Below, piece by piece: positions 9,818 through 18,522 of a DNA stretch of 64,000 nt. Under the pieces are notes generated by a model, which did not search any database, had not been told where the DNA came from, and saw nothing but the letters and a program-made list of their open reading frames with translations. Numbering within the stretch: position 1 is the stretch's first letter; every line of letters starts with the position of its first letter. A program made the position numbers and the translations under genes. This DNA comes from Candidatus Angelobacter sp. (lineage in GTDB: Bacteria > Bacteroidota > Bacteroidia > Flavobacteriales > Blattabacteriaceae): NCBI GenBank assembly GCA_035643775.1, contig DASQPV010000016.1:90529-154528 (forward strand). The letters are read 5' to 3'.

Positions 9818-10148
9818 ATGATAGAGCTAAAAATGGATGAAAAAAGTGTCAATGCTATAATCGTCCTTATGTTAAGGGCTCAAAGTCTAAACGGTTATCT
9901 TGATGTATTAAGACAGAACAAAAAAGTAAAAAGCAAGGTCCTCATAAATGGCGCACTGTAAAATACTCTTATAATTTTTAGTGAAAAACTATAAAAATGT
10001 AACGAAAAATATTTGTAAATGGCTAGAAAAATACAATCAATAATTATAGAGGGAAAAGTTTCATAAAGGATGGTTAGGAAATATTGAATTACCCTCTACC
10101 TTATTCCATGAATAATATTTGTAATCATCTTTATAAAATTCCAAAAAG

Positions 10149-10508
10149 GTGTCAATAAAAATAACTAATGAATGCATTAATTGCGGGGCTTGCGTCGCTG
10201 AGTGTCCTAATCACGCTATTTATGAGGGATCTGAAGAATGGTCTCTTTCCGAAGGAACAAATATTAAAGGAATAGTAAAAATAAGTTCAGGCCTTTTAAT
10301 TGATGCGGAGTCTTCTCAGACTCCAGAGAAAAGGGATATTTATTTTATTGTCAGAGACAAATGTACAGAGTGTGTAGGATTTTATGATGAACCTCAATGT
10401 ATGAGTGTCTGTCCAGTTGATTGCTGTGTTTTAGATGAAGAAAATGTAGAATCCAAGAAATCTCTACTTGAGAAAAAAAAATTTTTACATGGGGAGCCCC
10501 CTATTTAA
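10149..10508 (+). CDS. 4Fe-4S dicluster ferredoxin
   Basis: 119 aa, GTG start. Two cluster motifs: CINCGACVAECP and CTECVGFYDEPQCMSVCPVDC. Confidence 0.88.
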   Translation: MSIKITNECINCGACVAECPNHAIYEGSEEWSLSEGTNIKGIVKISSGLLIDAESSQTPEKRDIYFIVRDKCTECVGFYDEPQCMSVCPVDCCVLDEENVESKKSLLEKKKFLHGEPPI

Positions 10509-11801
10509 TAAATGTTCTTTTAATGCTGGGTAATTATTAGGAAGTCTAATGGATTTTTTTTCTGATTTAAGCAACTTTTTTAAGTGCTCAGGAATGATAA
10601 TTTGCTTTTGCAAATCATAAGGAATTTTCTCCGTAAACTTCAATGGATGAGCTGTCTCTAAAAAAATACCCATTGAGTCTTTAGAGTTCTTCAATTCTTG
10701 AAAATATTTTTGAAGCCCTAGATACCCTAAAGCTCCATGTGGGTCCAGCATATATCCATTTTTATTGAAAATAGATTCTATTGCACAAATAGTTTCTTCA
10801 TCTGTGAAGCTATAAGTATCCAATTTTTCCTTAAGCTTAGAAAAGCTTCTATCAGAAAGATGCCAAATTCTAGTAAAATTGCTTGGATCAGCTACATCCA
10901 TTGCATTTGATAAAGTATATTTACTTGGAAGGGGAGCATATTTTCCAGTTTTTATAAATCGATTTACCGTATCGTTAGAATTTGTTGCTGCTATAAAATG
11001 TTTTATTGGTAGCCCCATTTTTGCAGCAAGCAAACCTGCGCAAAGATTTCCAAAATTTCCACTCGGAATAGAGAAAAAGACTTCTGAAGAAGGACTTATA
11101 TTTTTGTAAACTATGAAATAATACAAAATTTGTGGCAACCATCTTGCTATATTTATTGAATTAGCTGAAGTAATAGCACATTTATTTTGTAGGTCCTTAT
11201 CCAGGAAAGCTTCTTTTACCAATTTTTGACAATCATCAAAAGTACCTTCTATTTCTAGAGAAGTAATATTATCTTCTACCGATGTAAGCTGTTTTTCCTG
11301 AAACAGGCTAATTTTACCCTTTGGAAAAATAAGAACCACTTCTACTCCTGCTATTTTATGAAATCCTTTAGCAACTGCTCCTCCAGTGTCTCCAGAAGTA
11401 GCTACTAAAACCGTTAGTGGTTTACTTTCTTCTTTTCGTAAATAACTTAAACACCCTGCCATAAATATAGCACCGACATCTTTAAAAGCCATGCTAGGAC
11501 CATGAAAAAGCTCTAAAGCATAAATTTCTTTGTGAATCTTCACTAGAGATAATGGGAAGCAAAGTGTATCTTCTATGATTTCTTCTAAAATTTTTTCTGG
11601 GATATCCTCTGGTCCTATGTAAGGTTTAATCACTTCCATAGCAATAGAATATATGCTTTGTGATGGAAAATTTTTAATTATTTTTTCTATTTTGTGTATT
11701 TTTTCTGGAAAGTAAAGACTATTATCTGGAGCCAATCCTCTTATTACAGCTTCTTTAAAAGAAACATAATGCTTAGTCTTTCCTAGACTATGATATATCA
11801 T
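10485..11801 (-). CDS. thrC: threonine synthase
   Basis: 438 aa. PLP-lysine region FHGPSMAFKDVG and ATSGDTGGA motif. Confidence 0.93.
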   Translation of the reverse strand: MIYHSLGKTKHYVSFKEAVIRGLAPDNSLYFPEKIHKIEKIIKNFPSQSIYSIAMEVIKPYIGPEDIPEKILEEIIEDTLCFPLSLVKIHKEIYALELFHGPSMAFKDVGAIFMAGCLSYLRKEESKPLTVLVATSGDTGGAVAKGFHKIAGVEVVLIFPKGKISLFQEKQLTSVEDNITSLEIEGTFDDCQKLVKEAFLDKDLQNKCAITSANSINIARWLPQILYYFIVYKNISPSSEVFFSIPSGNFGNLCAGLLAAKMGLPIKHFIAATNSNDTVNRFIKTGKYAPLPSKYTLSNAMDVADPSNFTRIWHLSDRSFSKLKEKLDTYSFTDEETICAIESIFNKNGYMLDPHGALGYLGLQKYFQELKNSKDSMGIFLETAHPLKFTEKIPYDLQKQIIIPEHLKKLLKSEKKSIRLPNNYPALKEHLLNRGLPM

Positions 11802-11816
11802 AACTACTCTAAAATT

Positions 11817-12749
11817 TTAAATTTCATCCCATTTTAATCCTTTTTGATTTATTGAGGAAGTGTAAACTTGATATTCTATTTTTAGAGAATCATATATACC
11901 TTCCATTACTGAACTAACAATATATGCAGTTTTTTCCCCTTTGCTTAACATAAATATCGAAGGTCCAGATCCAGATATACCTCCGCCTAAAGCTCCGACT
12001 TCTTGACATTTAGCTTTTACCTGGTAAAATGAGGGAATAAGCATACCTCGGATTGGTTCGACCATTACATCTTCTAATGATCTCCTTATTAGATCATAAT
12101 TTCCTTGATATAAACCTGCAATAAAAGATCCAAAATTTCCACATTGTTTTATTGCATCCTTCATAAAAACTTTTTTCTTTAGAATTTGACGTGCGTCAGA
12201 AGTTTTTATCTCAATCGAGGGATGAATTACGCTAATCCATAAATCATTAGGGACATGGATATTTGCAATATCTAAAGGATTATAACTTCTTATTAACGTA
12301 ATTCCTCCCATTAAAACTGGAGCAACATTATCAGCATGATTTCCCCCACTCCCACTAACTAAACGTTCCCCTTCCATAGCAAATCGGATCAATTCTAGAG
12401 TGCTGAAAGGATTTCCTAATAGTAGATTAGCTCCGGCTACTACGCCAGCCGAACTAGCCGCGCTAGATCCTATTCCGCTCCCAGGTTTTATTTTTTTTAG
12501 GATTTCTATTTCAAATCCAATAGGATAGGGACATTCATTAATAAATTCTTTTAAAGAAACAAGACAAACATTTTTGTTGGGATCTAGAGGGAAGTCCGCT
12601 CCATCTATTTTAAGAATACTTATTCCTGATTTATTCGATCTTTTCAAAAGAATCTCATCACTAGGATTATTCAACGCCAAGCCTATTACGTCAAACCCGC
12701 AAACTAAGTTTGCGACAGTAGCTGGTGCAAATATTTTTATTTTTTCCAT
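11817..12749 (-). CDS. thrB: homoserine kinase
   Basis: 310 aa. GHMP kinase motif IKPGSGIGSSAASSAG. Sits between hom and thrC. Confidence 0.93.
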   Translation of the reverse strand: MEKIKIFAPATVANLVCGFDVIGLALNNPSDEILLKRSNKSGISILKIDGADFPLDPNKNVCLVSLKEFINECPYPIGFEIEILKKIKPGSGIGSSAASSAGVVAGANLLLGNPFSTLELIRFAMEGERLVSGSGGNHADNVAPVLMGGITLIRSYNPLDIANIHVPNDLWISVIHPSIEIKTSDARQILKKKVFMKDAIKQCGNFGSFIAGLYQGNYDLIRRSLEDVMVEPIRGMLIPSFYQVKAKCQEVGALGGGISGSGPSIFMLSKGEKTAYIVSSVMEGIYDSLKIEYQVYTSSINQKGLKWDEI

Positions 12750-13837
12750 TTTCTTGATCGACTACAGGCTTTAATAACATCTGAAAAAATTCCAGAAGCA
12801 GTTACTTCTGAACCAGCCCCTGCTCCTTTTATTGTTAAAGGATGATCAATATACTGCTTTGTAGTAAATGAAATTATATTATCTTTTCCATCAAGCTGAT
12901 AAAATGGATGGCCTAAATTGATAGTTTCTAATCCAACTGATGCAATCCCTTTCTTATATCTGGCTACAAAACGTAACCGTCTATTATTCTTTTTCGTTGA
13001 TATTCTTATTTTTTCGAAAAAACTAGATTCCAGATCTACTAGGCTTTCATAAAAAACATCTATTGAAGTAGATTTTAAGCAGAACTCGGGAATAAAGGAT
13101 TTTTTAAAAATATCCTCTAATTCAAGTTTTTCTCCACATTCTCTTGCTAAAATGAGTATTTTTCTCATTACATCTTTTCCACTTAGATCAATGCGAGGAT
13201 CAGGTTCTGTAAATCCTAGTTTTTGAGCTTCCTTTACGGATTCATAAAAATGGGTTCCTTCAGAAAATTTGTTAAGTATAAAATTTAAACTACCAGAAAG
13301 TACAGCTTCTATGGAATGAATATCATCTCCACTATTTATTAAACTATTTAGAGTATCAATAATTGGAAGACCAGCTCCTACATTAGTTTCGAAAAAGAAA
13401 GGAACTCCCAAATTAGAGGATACCGTTTTTAGTTTTTTGTAATACTCGTAAGTGGAAGAACAAGCAATTTTATTGCTTGTAATTATGCCAATCCCCTTTT
13501 TTAAAATTTTTTCATAAGTCATTGCTATTTCTTCACTCGCTGTATTATCAATAATAAAACTATTACATAGATCAAGTTTTTCTATTTTTTCTAGAAATTT
13601 TTCTACGTTCATTATCTCAGATTCTGAGAACTTTTTTTCCCACTCATTGAATTCAATTCCTAATTCGTTAAAATGCATATGTCTACTATTAGCTAATCCT
13701 ATAATTCGTATATCAAGTTTTAGCGTTTTTTTTAAAGAATTTTTCTGTTTGAAGATTTTCTTAAGAAAGCTTGCACCTACTTTTCCCAGACCAATGATGA
13801 AAATATTCATTTTAGCTATTTGAGCGTTCTCTCTCAT
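12737..13837 (-). CDS. hom: homoserine dehydrogenase (stand-alone; no aspartokinase domain)
   Basis: 366 aa. NAD-binding start NIFIIGLGKVGASF and C-terminal catalytic domain (LSGSLNFILN, GFTEPDPRIDLSGKDV). The ATG overlaps the aspS stop (ATGA). Confidence 0.88.
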   Translation of the reverse strand: MRENAQIAKMNIFIIGLGKVGASFLKKIFKQKNSLKKTLKLDIRIIGLANSRHMHFNELGIEFNEWEKKFSESEIMNVEKFLEKIEKLDLCNSFIIDNTASEEIAMTYEKILKKGIGIITSNKIACSSTYEYYKKLKTVSSNLGVPFFFETNVGAGLPIIDTLNSLINSGDDIHSIEAVLSGSLNFILNKFSEGTHFYESVKEAQKLGFTEPDPRIDLSGKDVMRKILILARECGEKLELEDIFKKSFIPEFCLKSTSIDVFYESLVDLESSFFEKIRISTKKNNRRLRFVARYKKGIASVGLETINLGHPFYQLDGKDNIISFTTKQYIDHPLTIKGAGAGSEVTASGIFSDVIKACSRSRKWKK

Positions 13838-15543
13838 CGCTTTATGAAAATATGAAGCTCTTTTAATTGATCGTCACTTAAATATGAAGGAGTTCCTATC
13901 ATTGGATCTCGATAAGAATTATTTTTTGGAAAAGCAATAAAATCCCTTATACTATCTTCGCCTTTAAGAAGAGCTACAAAACGATCAAGGCCTAACGCAA
14001 TTCCACCATGTGGAGGCGTACCATATTCAAAAGCTTCCATTAGAAAGCCAAATTTAGAGAAAATTTCTTTTCTAGAAAATCCCAATAGATTGAAAATAGA
14101 TTCTTGTATGGAACGTTTATTTATTCTAATAGATCCCCCTCCGATTTCTTTTCCATTAATAACCAAATCATAAGATTTGGCGATAATTTTTTCTGGATTC
14201 TTTTTCAGAAGGTAAATATTTTCTTCTTTAGGTGAAGTGAAAGGATGATGAAAAGAATCATAACGCTTATTATCTTCATTCCACACAAACAAAGGAAAAT
14301 CAACTATCCAAATAGGGGAAAATTGATTCGTTTTTCGCAAGCCTAAACGGTCTGCCATCTCAATTCTAATTTTTCCTAGTTGTATCCTAACTGTTTGATC
14401 ATCTAAACCTGAAAGTATTAATAAAAGATCGCCAGGCTTAGCGCCAAAGCGATCAGAAAAAATTTTAAAATATTTTTGATCAAAAAAGGGTGATTGAAAT
14501 TTTCCATCAATCAAACATTTCACCCAAGTAAGATTTCTTATATGATGGAGTTTACTCCATTCGGTAATATCATTTAATTGTCTTATGCTGTAATTAGCAC
14601 ATCCAGGTATAGAAATGCCTGCTACTCTATTATTTTTCTTTGGGATTACATCATTTAATTCCTTAATAATCATCTCAAAACGTATATCTGGTTTATCAGA
14701 TCCGTATCGTTTTATAGCCTCTTTATAGGAAATTCTTGGAAAACTCTTTGCAAATCTGCAATTCCTTATTTTTTGAAAAATATAATTTATAAGATTTTCG
14801 GATATCTTAATGACATCTTCTTCTTCAACAAAAGACATTTCGCAATCAATTTGAGTGAATTCTGGTTGTCTATCTGAACGCAAATCTTCATCACGAAAGC
14901 ATTTAACAATTTGAAAATATTTATCTATTCCGCCTATCATTAGGAGCTGTTTGAAAGATTGAGGAGATTGAGGGAGAGCATAAAACTGTCCAGGATTTGT
15001 TCTGGACGGAATTACGAAATCTCGTGCTCCTTCAGGAGTGGATTTAACTAAAAGGGGGGTTTCGATTTCCAGAAATCCGTTTTCTGAAAGATATTTTCGT
15101 ATTTCGAAAACTATCTTGTGCCGAGTAATAAGTTTTTTTTTAATAAAATCTCTACGTAAGTCAAGATAACGATATTTCATTCGAAGATCTTCATTTCCAT
15201 CTGTTTTTTCTTCTATAATAAATGGGGGTATTTTTGAATAGCTTAGAATTCTAAGTTTAGAAACAACAACCTCAATAAATCCAGTAGGATTTTTAAGATT
15301 TTTAGATTTTCTATCAGCAACTTTTCCGCATACTTGTATAACGAATTCTCTACCCAATTGATCCGCTTTTTTTTTTAAAGTATTTTTTCCATAAAAAGTT
15401 AGTTGAGTTATTCCATAATGATCCCTTAAATCTATAAAACTTACTGTTCCTAGATTTCTAACTCTTTTAACCCATCCAGCTAAAATAACCTCTTCCCCAA
15501 CATTTTTTTGACGAAGAGTCCCACAATTATGTGTTCGAAACAT
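13834..15543 (-). CDS. aspS: aspartyl-tRNA synthetase
   Basis: 569 aa. Start MFRTHNCGTLR, OB-fold, class II motifs FRDEDLRSDRQPEFTQID and GGIALGLDR. Confidence 0.96.
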   Translation of the reverse strand: MFRTHNCGTLRQKNVGEEVILAGWVKRVRNLGTVSFIDLRDHYGITQLTFYGKNTLKKKADQLGREFVIQVCGKVADRKSKNLKNPTGFIEVVVSKLRILSYSKIPPFIIEEKTDGNEDLRMKYRYLDLRRDFIKKKLITRHKIVFEIRKYLSENGFLEIETPLLVKSTPEGARDFVIPSRTNPGQFYALPQSPQSFKQLLMIGGIDKYFQIVKCFRDEDLRSDRQPEFTQIDCEMSFVEEEDVIKISENLINYIFQKIRNCRFAKSFPRISYKEAIKRYGSDKPDIRFEMIIKELNDVIPKKNNRVAGISIPGCANYSIRQLNDITEWSKLHHIRNLTWVKCLIDGKFQSPFFDQKYFKIFSDRFGAKPGDLLLILSGLDDQTVRIQLGKIRIEMADRLGLRKTNQFSPIWIVDFPLFVWNEDNKRYDSFHHPFTSPKEENIYLLKKNPEKIIAKSYDLVINGKEIGGGSIRINKRSIQESIFNLLGFSRKEIFSKFGFLMEAFEYGTPPHGGIALGLDRFVALLKGEDSIRDFIAFPKNNSYRDPMIGTPSYLSDDQLKELHIFIKR

Positions 15544-15685
15544 TTTTTTTTAAATTAGAGATTACGAAAAATGAAAGATGTTTTTTGGGTAAGAAAAATT
15601 GCTTATATTATAAAAGTATCTACCTTGGAGCTTCTATTTTCAGATTTTTTTCTATATCTTTAAAATTATTAAAATATAAATATAT

Positions 15686-16900
15686 ATGGACTATTATAAA
15701 TGGATTTTAAGTAAATTACACACGGATAAGATCCGCAATAATAAGAATCGCAAAACTGATTTGCTAAGAATTCAATCTTTCTGCAATTATTTGGGAAATC
15801 CTGAACATAGTTTTAAATCAATCCATATTGGAGGAACTAATGGAAAAGGATCAGTGGCTCACATGTTATCTTCCATTCTTCAAGAATCAGGATTCAAAAC
15901 AGGATTGCTTACTTCTCCTCATCTGAAAAATTTGCGTGAACGTATTCGTTCAAACGGGTTATTAATTGAAGAAGATTTTATCGTTAGTTATATTCGGAAA
16001 CACAAAATTTTTGCTGAAAAAATTGGTCTCTCTTTTTTTGAATTTATGACATCTTTAGCTTTTCTTTACTTCAAAGAAAAAAATGTAGATATAGCTGTAA
16101 TTGAAGTAGGAATGGGAGGAAGAATGGATTCAACAAATATTATTACTCCCATAATTTCTATAATAACCAATATTTCTTATGATCATACTGATTTTTTAGG
16201 AAAAAATTTATCTAAAATTGCTTCTGAAAAAGCAGGCATTATTAAGCCAAAAATTCCAGTTGTTTTAGGATCGTTTCATGATGAAACGGATAAAGTTTTT
16301 CGAGAAGTTGCTTTTTCAAAAAAAGCACCTATTTTCTATTCTGAGAATAGCAATAATCAGAATTACTATGCAATACCATTAAAAGGTGACTATCAAATAT
16401 TAAATAAAAAAACAGTAATAAAATCTATAGATGTTTTACAAAGTTTAGGATTAAAAATTACTGAAAACTCTATAATTTTGGGGTTTAAAAATGTTATTAA
16501 AAATACTAAACTCCAAGGAAGGTGGCAAGTGATAAGACAAAAACCTAAAATTATATGTGATACTGCACATAATGAAGAAGGTATAAAATGGGTATCTAAA
16601 CAACTTATGCGGGAATCCTATAATAAGTTGCATTTAATTTTAGGTTTTGTTAGAGGAAAAGATGTCTTAAAAATACTATCCCATTTTCCATCTAAAGCTT
16701 ATTATTATTTTTGTCAACCTAATTTACATAGACGTTTACATATAGAAGATCTTGAAAAATTGGTTAGTGTTAACTATAAAAAAAATGCAAAATATTTTTT
16801 TACGGTAAAAGAAGCTCTTTTTGAGGCAGAGAAATTAGCCTCAGAAGAGGACTTTATTTTTATAGGAGGAAGCAATTTCGTAGTATCAGAAATTATTTAA
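15686..16900 (+). CDS. folC: bifunctional folylpolyglutamate synthase / dihydrofolate synthase
   Basis: 404 aa. Mur-ligase P-loop HIGGTNGKGSV, plus EVGMGGRMDSTN. Confidence 0.9.
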   Translation: MDYYKWILSKLHTDKIRNNKNRKTDLLRIQSFCNYLGNPEHSFKSIHIGGTNGKGSVAHMLSSILQESGFKTGLLTSPHLKNLRERIRSNGLLIEEDFIVSYIRKHKIFAEKIGLSFFEFMTSLAFLYFKEKNVDIAVIEVGMGGRMDSTNIITPIISIITNISYDHTDFLGKNLSKIASEKAGIIKPKIPVVLGSFHDETDKVFREVAFSKKAPIFYSENSNNQNYYAIPLKGDYQILNKKTVIKSIDVLQSLGLKITENSIILGFKNVIKNTKLQGRWQVIRQKPKIICDTAHNEEGIKWVSKQLMRESYNKLHLILGFVRGKDVLKILSHFPSKAYYYFCQPNLHRRLHIEDLEKLVSVNYKKNAKYFFTVKEALFEAEKLASEEDFIFIGGSNFVVSEII

Positions 16901-16963
16901 TCTTTTTAGTTTAATTTTAAAATTTTGTTTTCTTTAGAATATTTGTTTATATTTACTTTTTAA

Positions 16964-17037
16964 GGGTGATTAGCTCAGAGGTTTAGAGCAGCTGCCTTAC
17001 AAGTAGAAGGGCGCTGGTTCGAATCCAGCATCGCCCA
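16964..17037 (+). tRNA. tRNA-Val (anticodon UAC)
   Basis: Hand-folded. Acceptor GGGTGAT/ATCGCCC, anticodon loop CTTACAA, T-loop GGTTCGAATCC. Confidence 0.88.
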
Positions 17038-17050
17038 TTTAATTTCTACT

Positions 17051-17796
17051 TTGCTAAAAAATATAAAAAATATGAATAAAAAGATGCTAAAAAATATAAA
17101 AACTATGCTAAAAAATATAAAAAATATTTGGGTTATTGTTTTTTCATTTTTGATTTTTCTTACTCAAAAATCCGATGCCCAATTTTATCCCAGAATTGGG
17201 CAAAACTTTTTTGGAATTCAAATTGGACCCAATCTATCAATGATTAAAGGATTTAAATCTGTTTTTGATATAGACTTTTATGCAGGTCTATATAGAGGGC
17301 ATGTTATTGATGATTATGTGGCTTCTCAAATTGATTTGATTCTTTCTATTCATAGTTTTCAGGGATTTTATAAAATGAGAAGAAAAATAGGAAAAAAATT
17401 TATGGTCAAAGTAAAAAAAAAATAATATATCTGGAGGTTTCTCCAGGATTAAAATATAATCTGATTGGTGGGGTCAATTTATATTTTTCTCCGGTGTTTG
17501 GGTTGAAATTAACTGGTGATAAAATTGATCTAATACGAGAGAAAAAGAAGAAAAACAAAACTCCTGTTACTCAGGTTACAGAGAAGTATAATTATAATAT
17601 AGAAAGAATAAAAAATTTTGTGCCTAATATTTTTTCAATGGGATCTATATTAGGTATAAATTATGAAATAACAGAAAATTTTGGTATAAATTTTACATGT
17701 CAAATGAATATAACAAAAGTTTATGGGAAAAGAGACGTGGTTCCGAATCAGATTCTTAGTTTTAGACTAGGACTAGATTACACGTTTAATGAATGA
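17051..17796 (+). pseudogene. outer-membrane beta-barrel (porin/OmpA-like family) gene interrupted by a frameshift in a poly(A) region; possibly expressed via slippage
   Basis: ORFs 17051..17425 and 17494..17796 are two halves of one gene. The first carries a signal peptide (IWVIVFSFLIFLTQKSDAQ). The second frame is open from 17374 and reads IIYLEVSPGLKYNLIGGVNLYFSPVFGLKL...LSFRLGLDYTFNE, with alternating beta-strand pattern and an aromatic C-terminal motif. The frames overlap at an A10 run (17413-17422), and one extra A would fuse them into ~248 codons. Confidence 0.65.
17084..17125 (+). repeat. 21-bp tandem duplication (ATGCTAAAAAATATAAAAA[CT/AT]) at the 5' end of the OMP gene; a third, TTG-initiated copy lies at 17051-17071
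   Basis: Direct reading gives MLKNIKT/MLKNIKN repeated, which yields three in-frame candidate starts (17051 TTG, 17084 ATG, 17105 ATG). Confidence 0.85.
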
Positions 17797-17816
17797 TTCA
17801 TTATTTAAGATCCCAT

Positions 17817-18431
17817 ATGAAAAAAATTCTTTCACTTTCGATTCTATCAGCAAATTTATCTAATATTCATAAAGAGATAAAAATGCTAAACAATAGCAAA
17901 GCGGATTGTATCCATGTTGATATCATGGATAGTATGTTTGTCCCTAATATATCCTTTGGAATTACGGTTTTAAAATATGTTAAAAAATATGCAAAAAAAC
18001 CTTTATATCTACATTTGATGATATTAGAACCTGAAAGATATATTCAAAGAATTAAAAAATTCGGTGTAGATTGTATCTACGTTCATTATGAAGCATGTGT
18101 ACGTAATCTTCATAGAACCATTTCCTTAATTAAGGAAACTGATATAAAAGCCGGAGTAGCAATTAACCCACATACTCCGGTTAATATTTTACAAAATGTA
18201 ATTAAAGAATTAGATATTGTTTTATTGATGGGGGTAAATCCAGGTTTTGGTGGACAAGAAATTATTGAACATATTTATCAAAAACTTTACGAGACTAAGG
18301 ATTTAATTTTAAAAAAAAGATCCCCTGCATTAATTGAGATAGATGGAGGAATTAGCTGGAAGAATGCTTCTTATCTCTTAGATAAAGGAGTCGATATATT
18401 AACGTTGGGAACAACCATTATGGGTGCATGA
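17817..18431 (+). CDS. rpe: ribulose-phosphate 3-epimerase
   Basis: ORF track 17793..18431. Motifs SILSANL, HVDIMDSMFVPNISFG, MGVNPGFGGQ, IEIDGGI. ATG at 17817 matches the canonical N-terminus; the alternative ATG at 17793 overlaps the OMP stop. Confidence 0.92.
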   Translation: MKKILSLSILSANLSNIHKEIKMLNNSKADCIHVDIMDSMFVPNISFGITVLKYVKKYAKKPLYLHLMILEPERYIQRIKKFGVDCIYVHYEACVRNLHRTISLIKETDIKAGVAINPHTPVNILQNVIKELDIVLLMGVNPGFGGQEIIEHIYQKLYETKDLILKKRSPALIEIDGGISWKNASYLLDKGVDILTLGTTIMGA

Positions 18432-18497
18432 CCGGGCTCGAACCGGCGACATTCAGAATCACAATCTGATGCTCTAACCAACTGAGCTACATCCACC
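18423..18497 (-). tRNA. tRNA-His (anticodon GUG) with encoded G-1
   Basis: The reverse complement folds as a cloverleaf. There is an extra 5' G opposite discriminator C73, the anticodon loop is TTGTGAT, and the T-loop is GGTTCGAGCCC. One G-G mismatch in the acceptor stem. Confidence 0.88.
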
Positions 18498-18522
18498 AAA
18501 AAAAATCCAAATATCCAAATAG

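Noticed and set aside
9818-10148. tmRNA (ssrA) as the occupant of the 331-bp gap
   Set aside because: There is no tRNA-like 3' end (no GGTTCGA-type T-arm and no acceptor pairing) and no recognisable tag-peptide reading frame ending in hydrophobic residues plus a stop.
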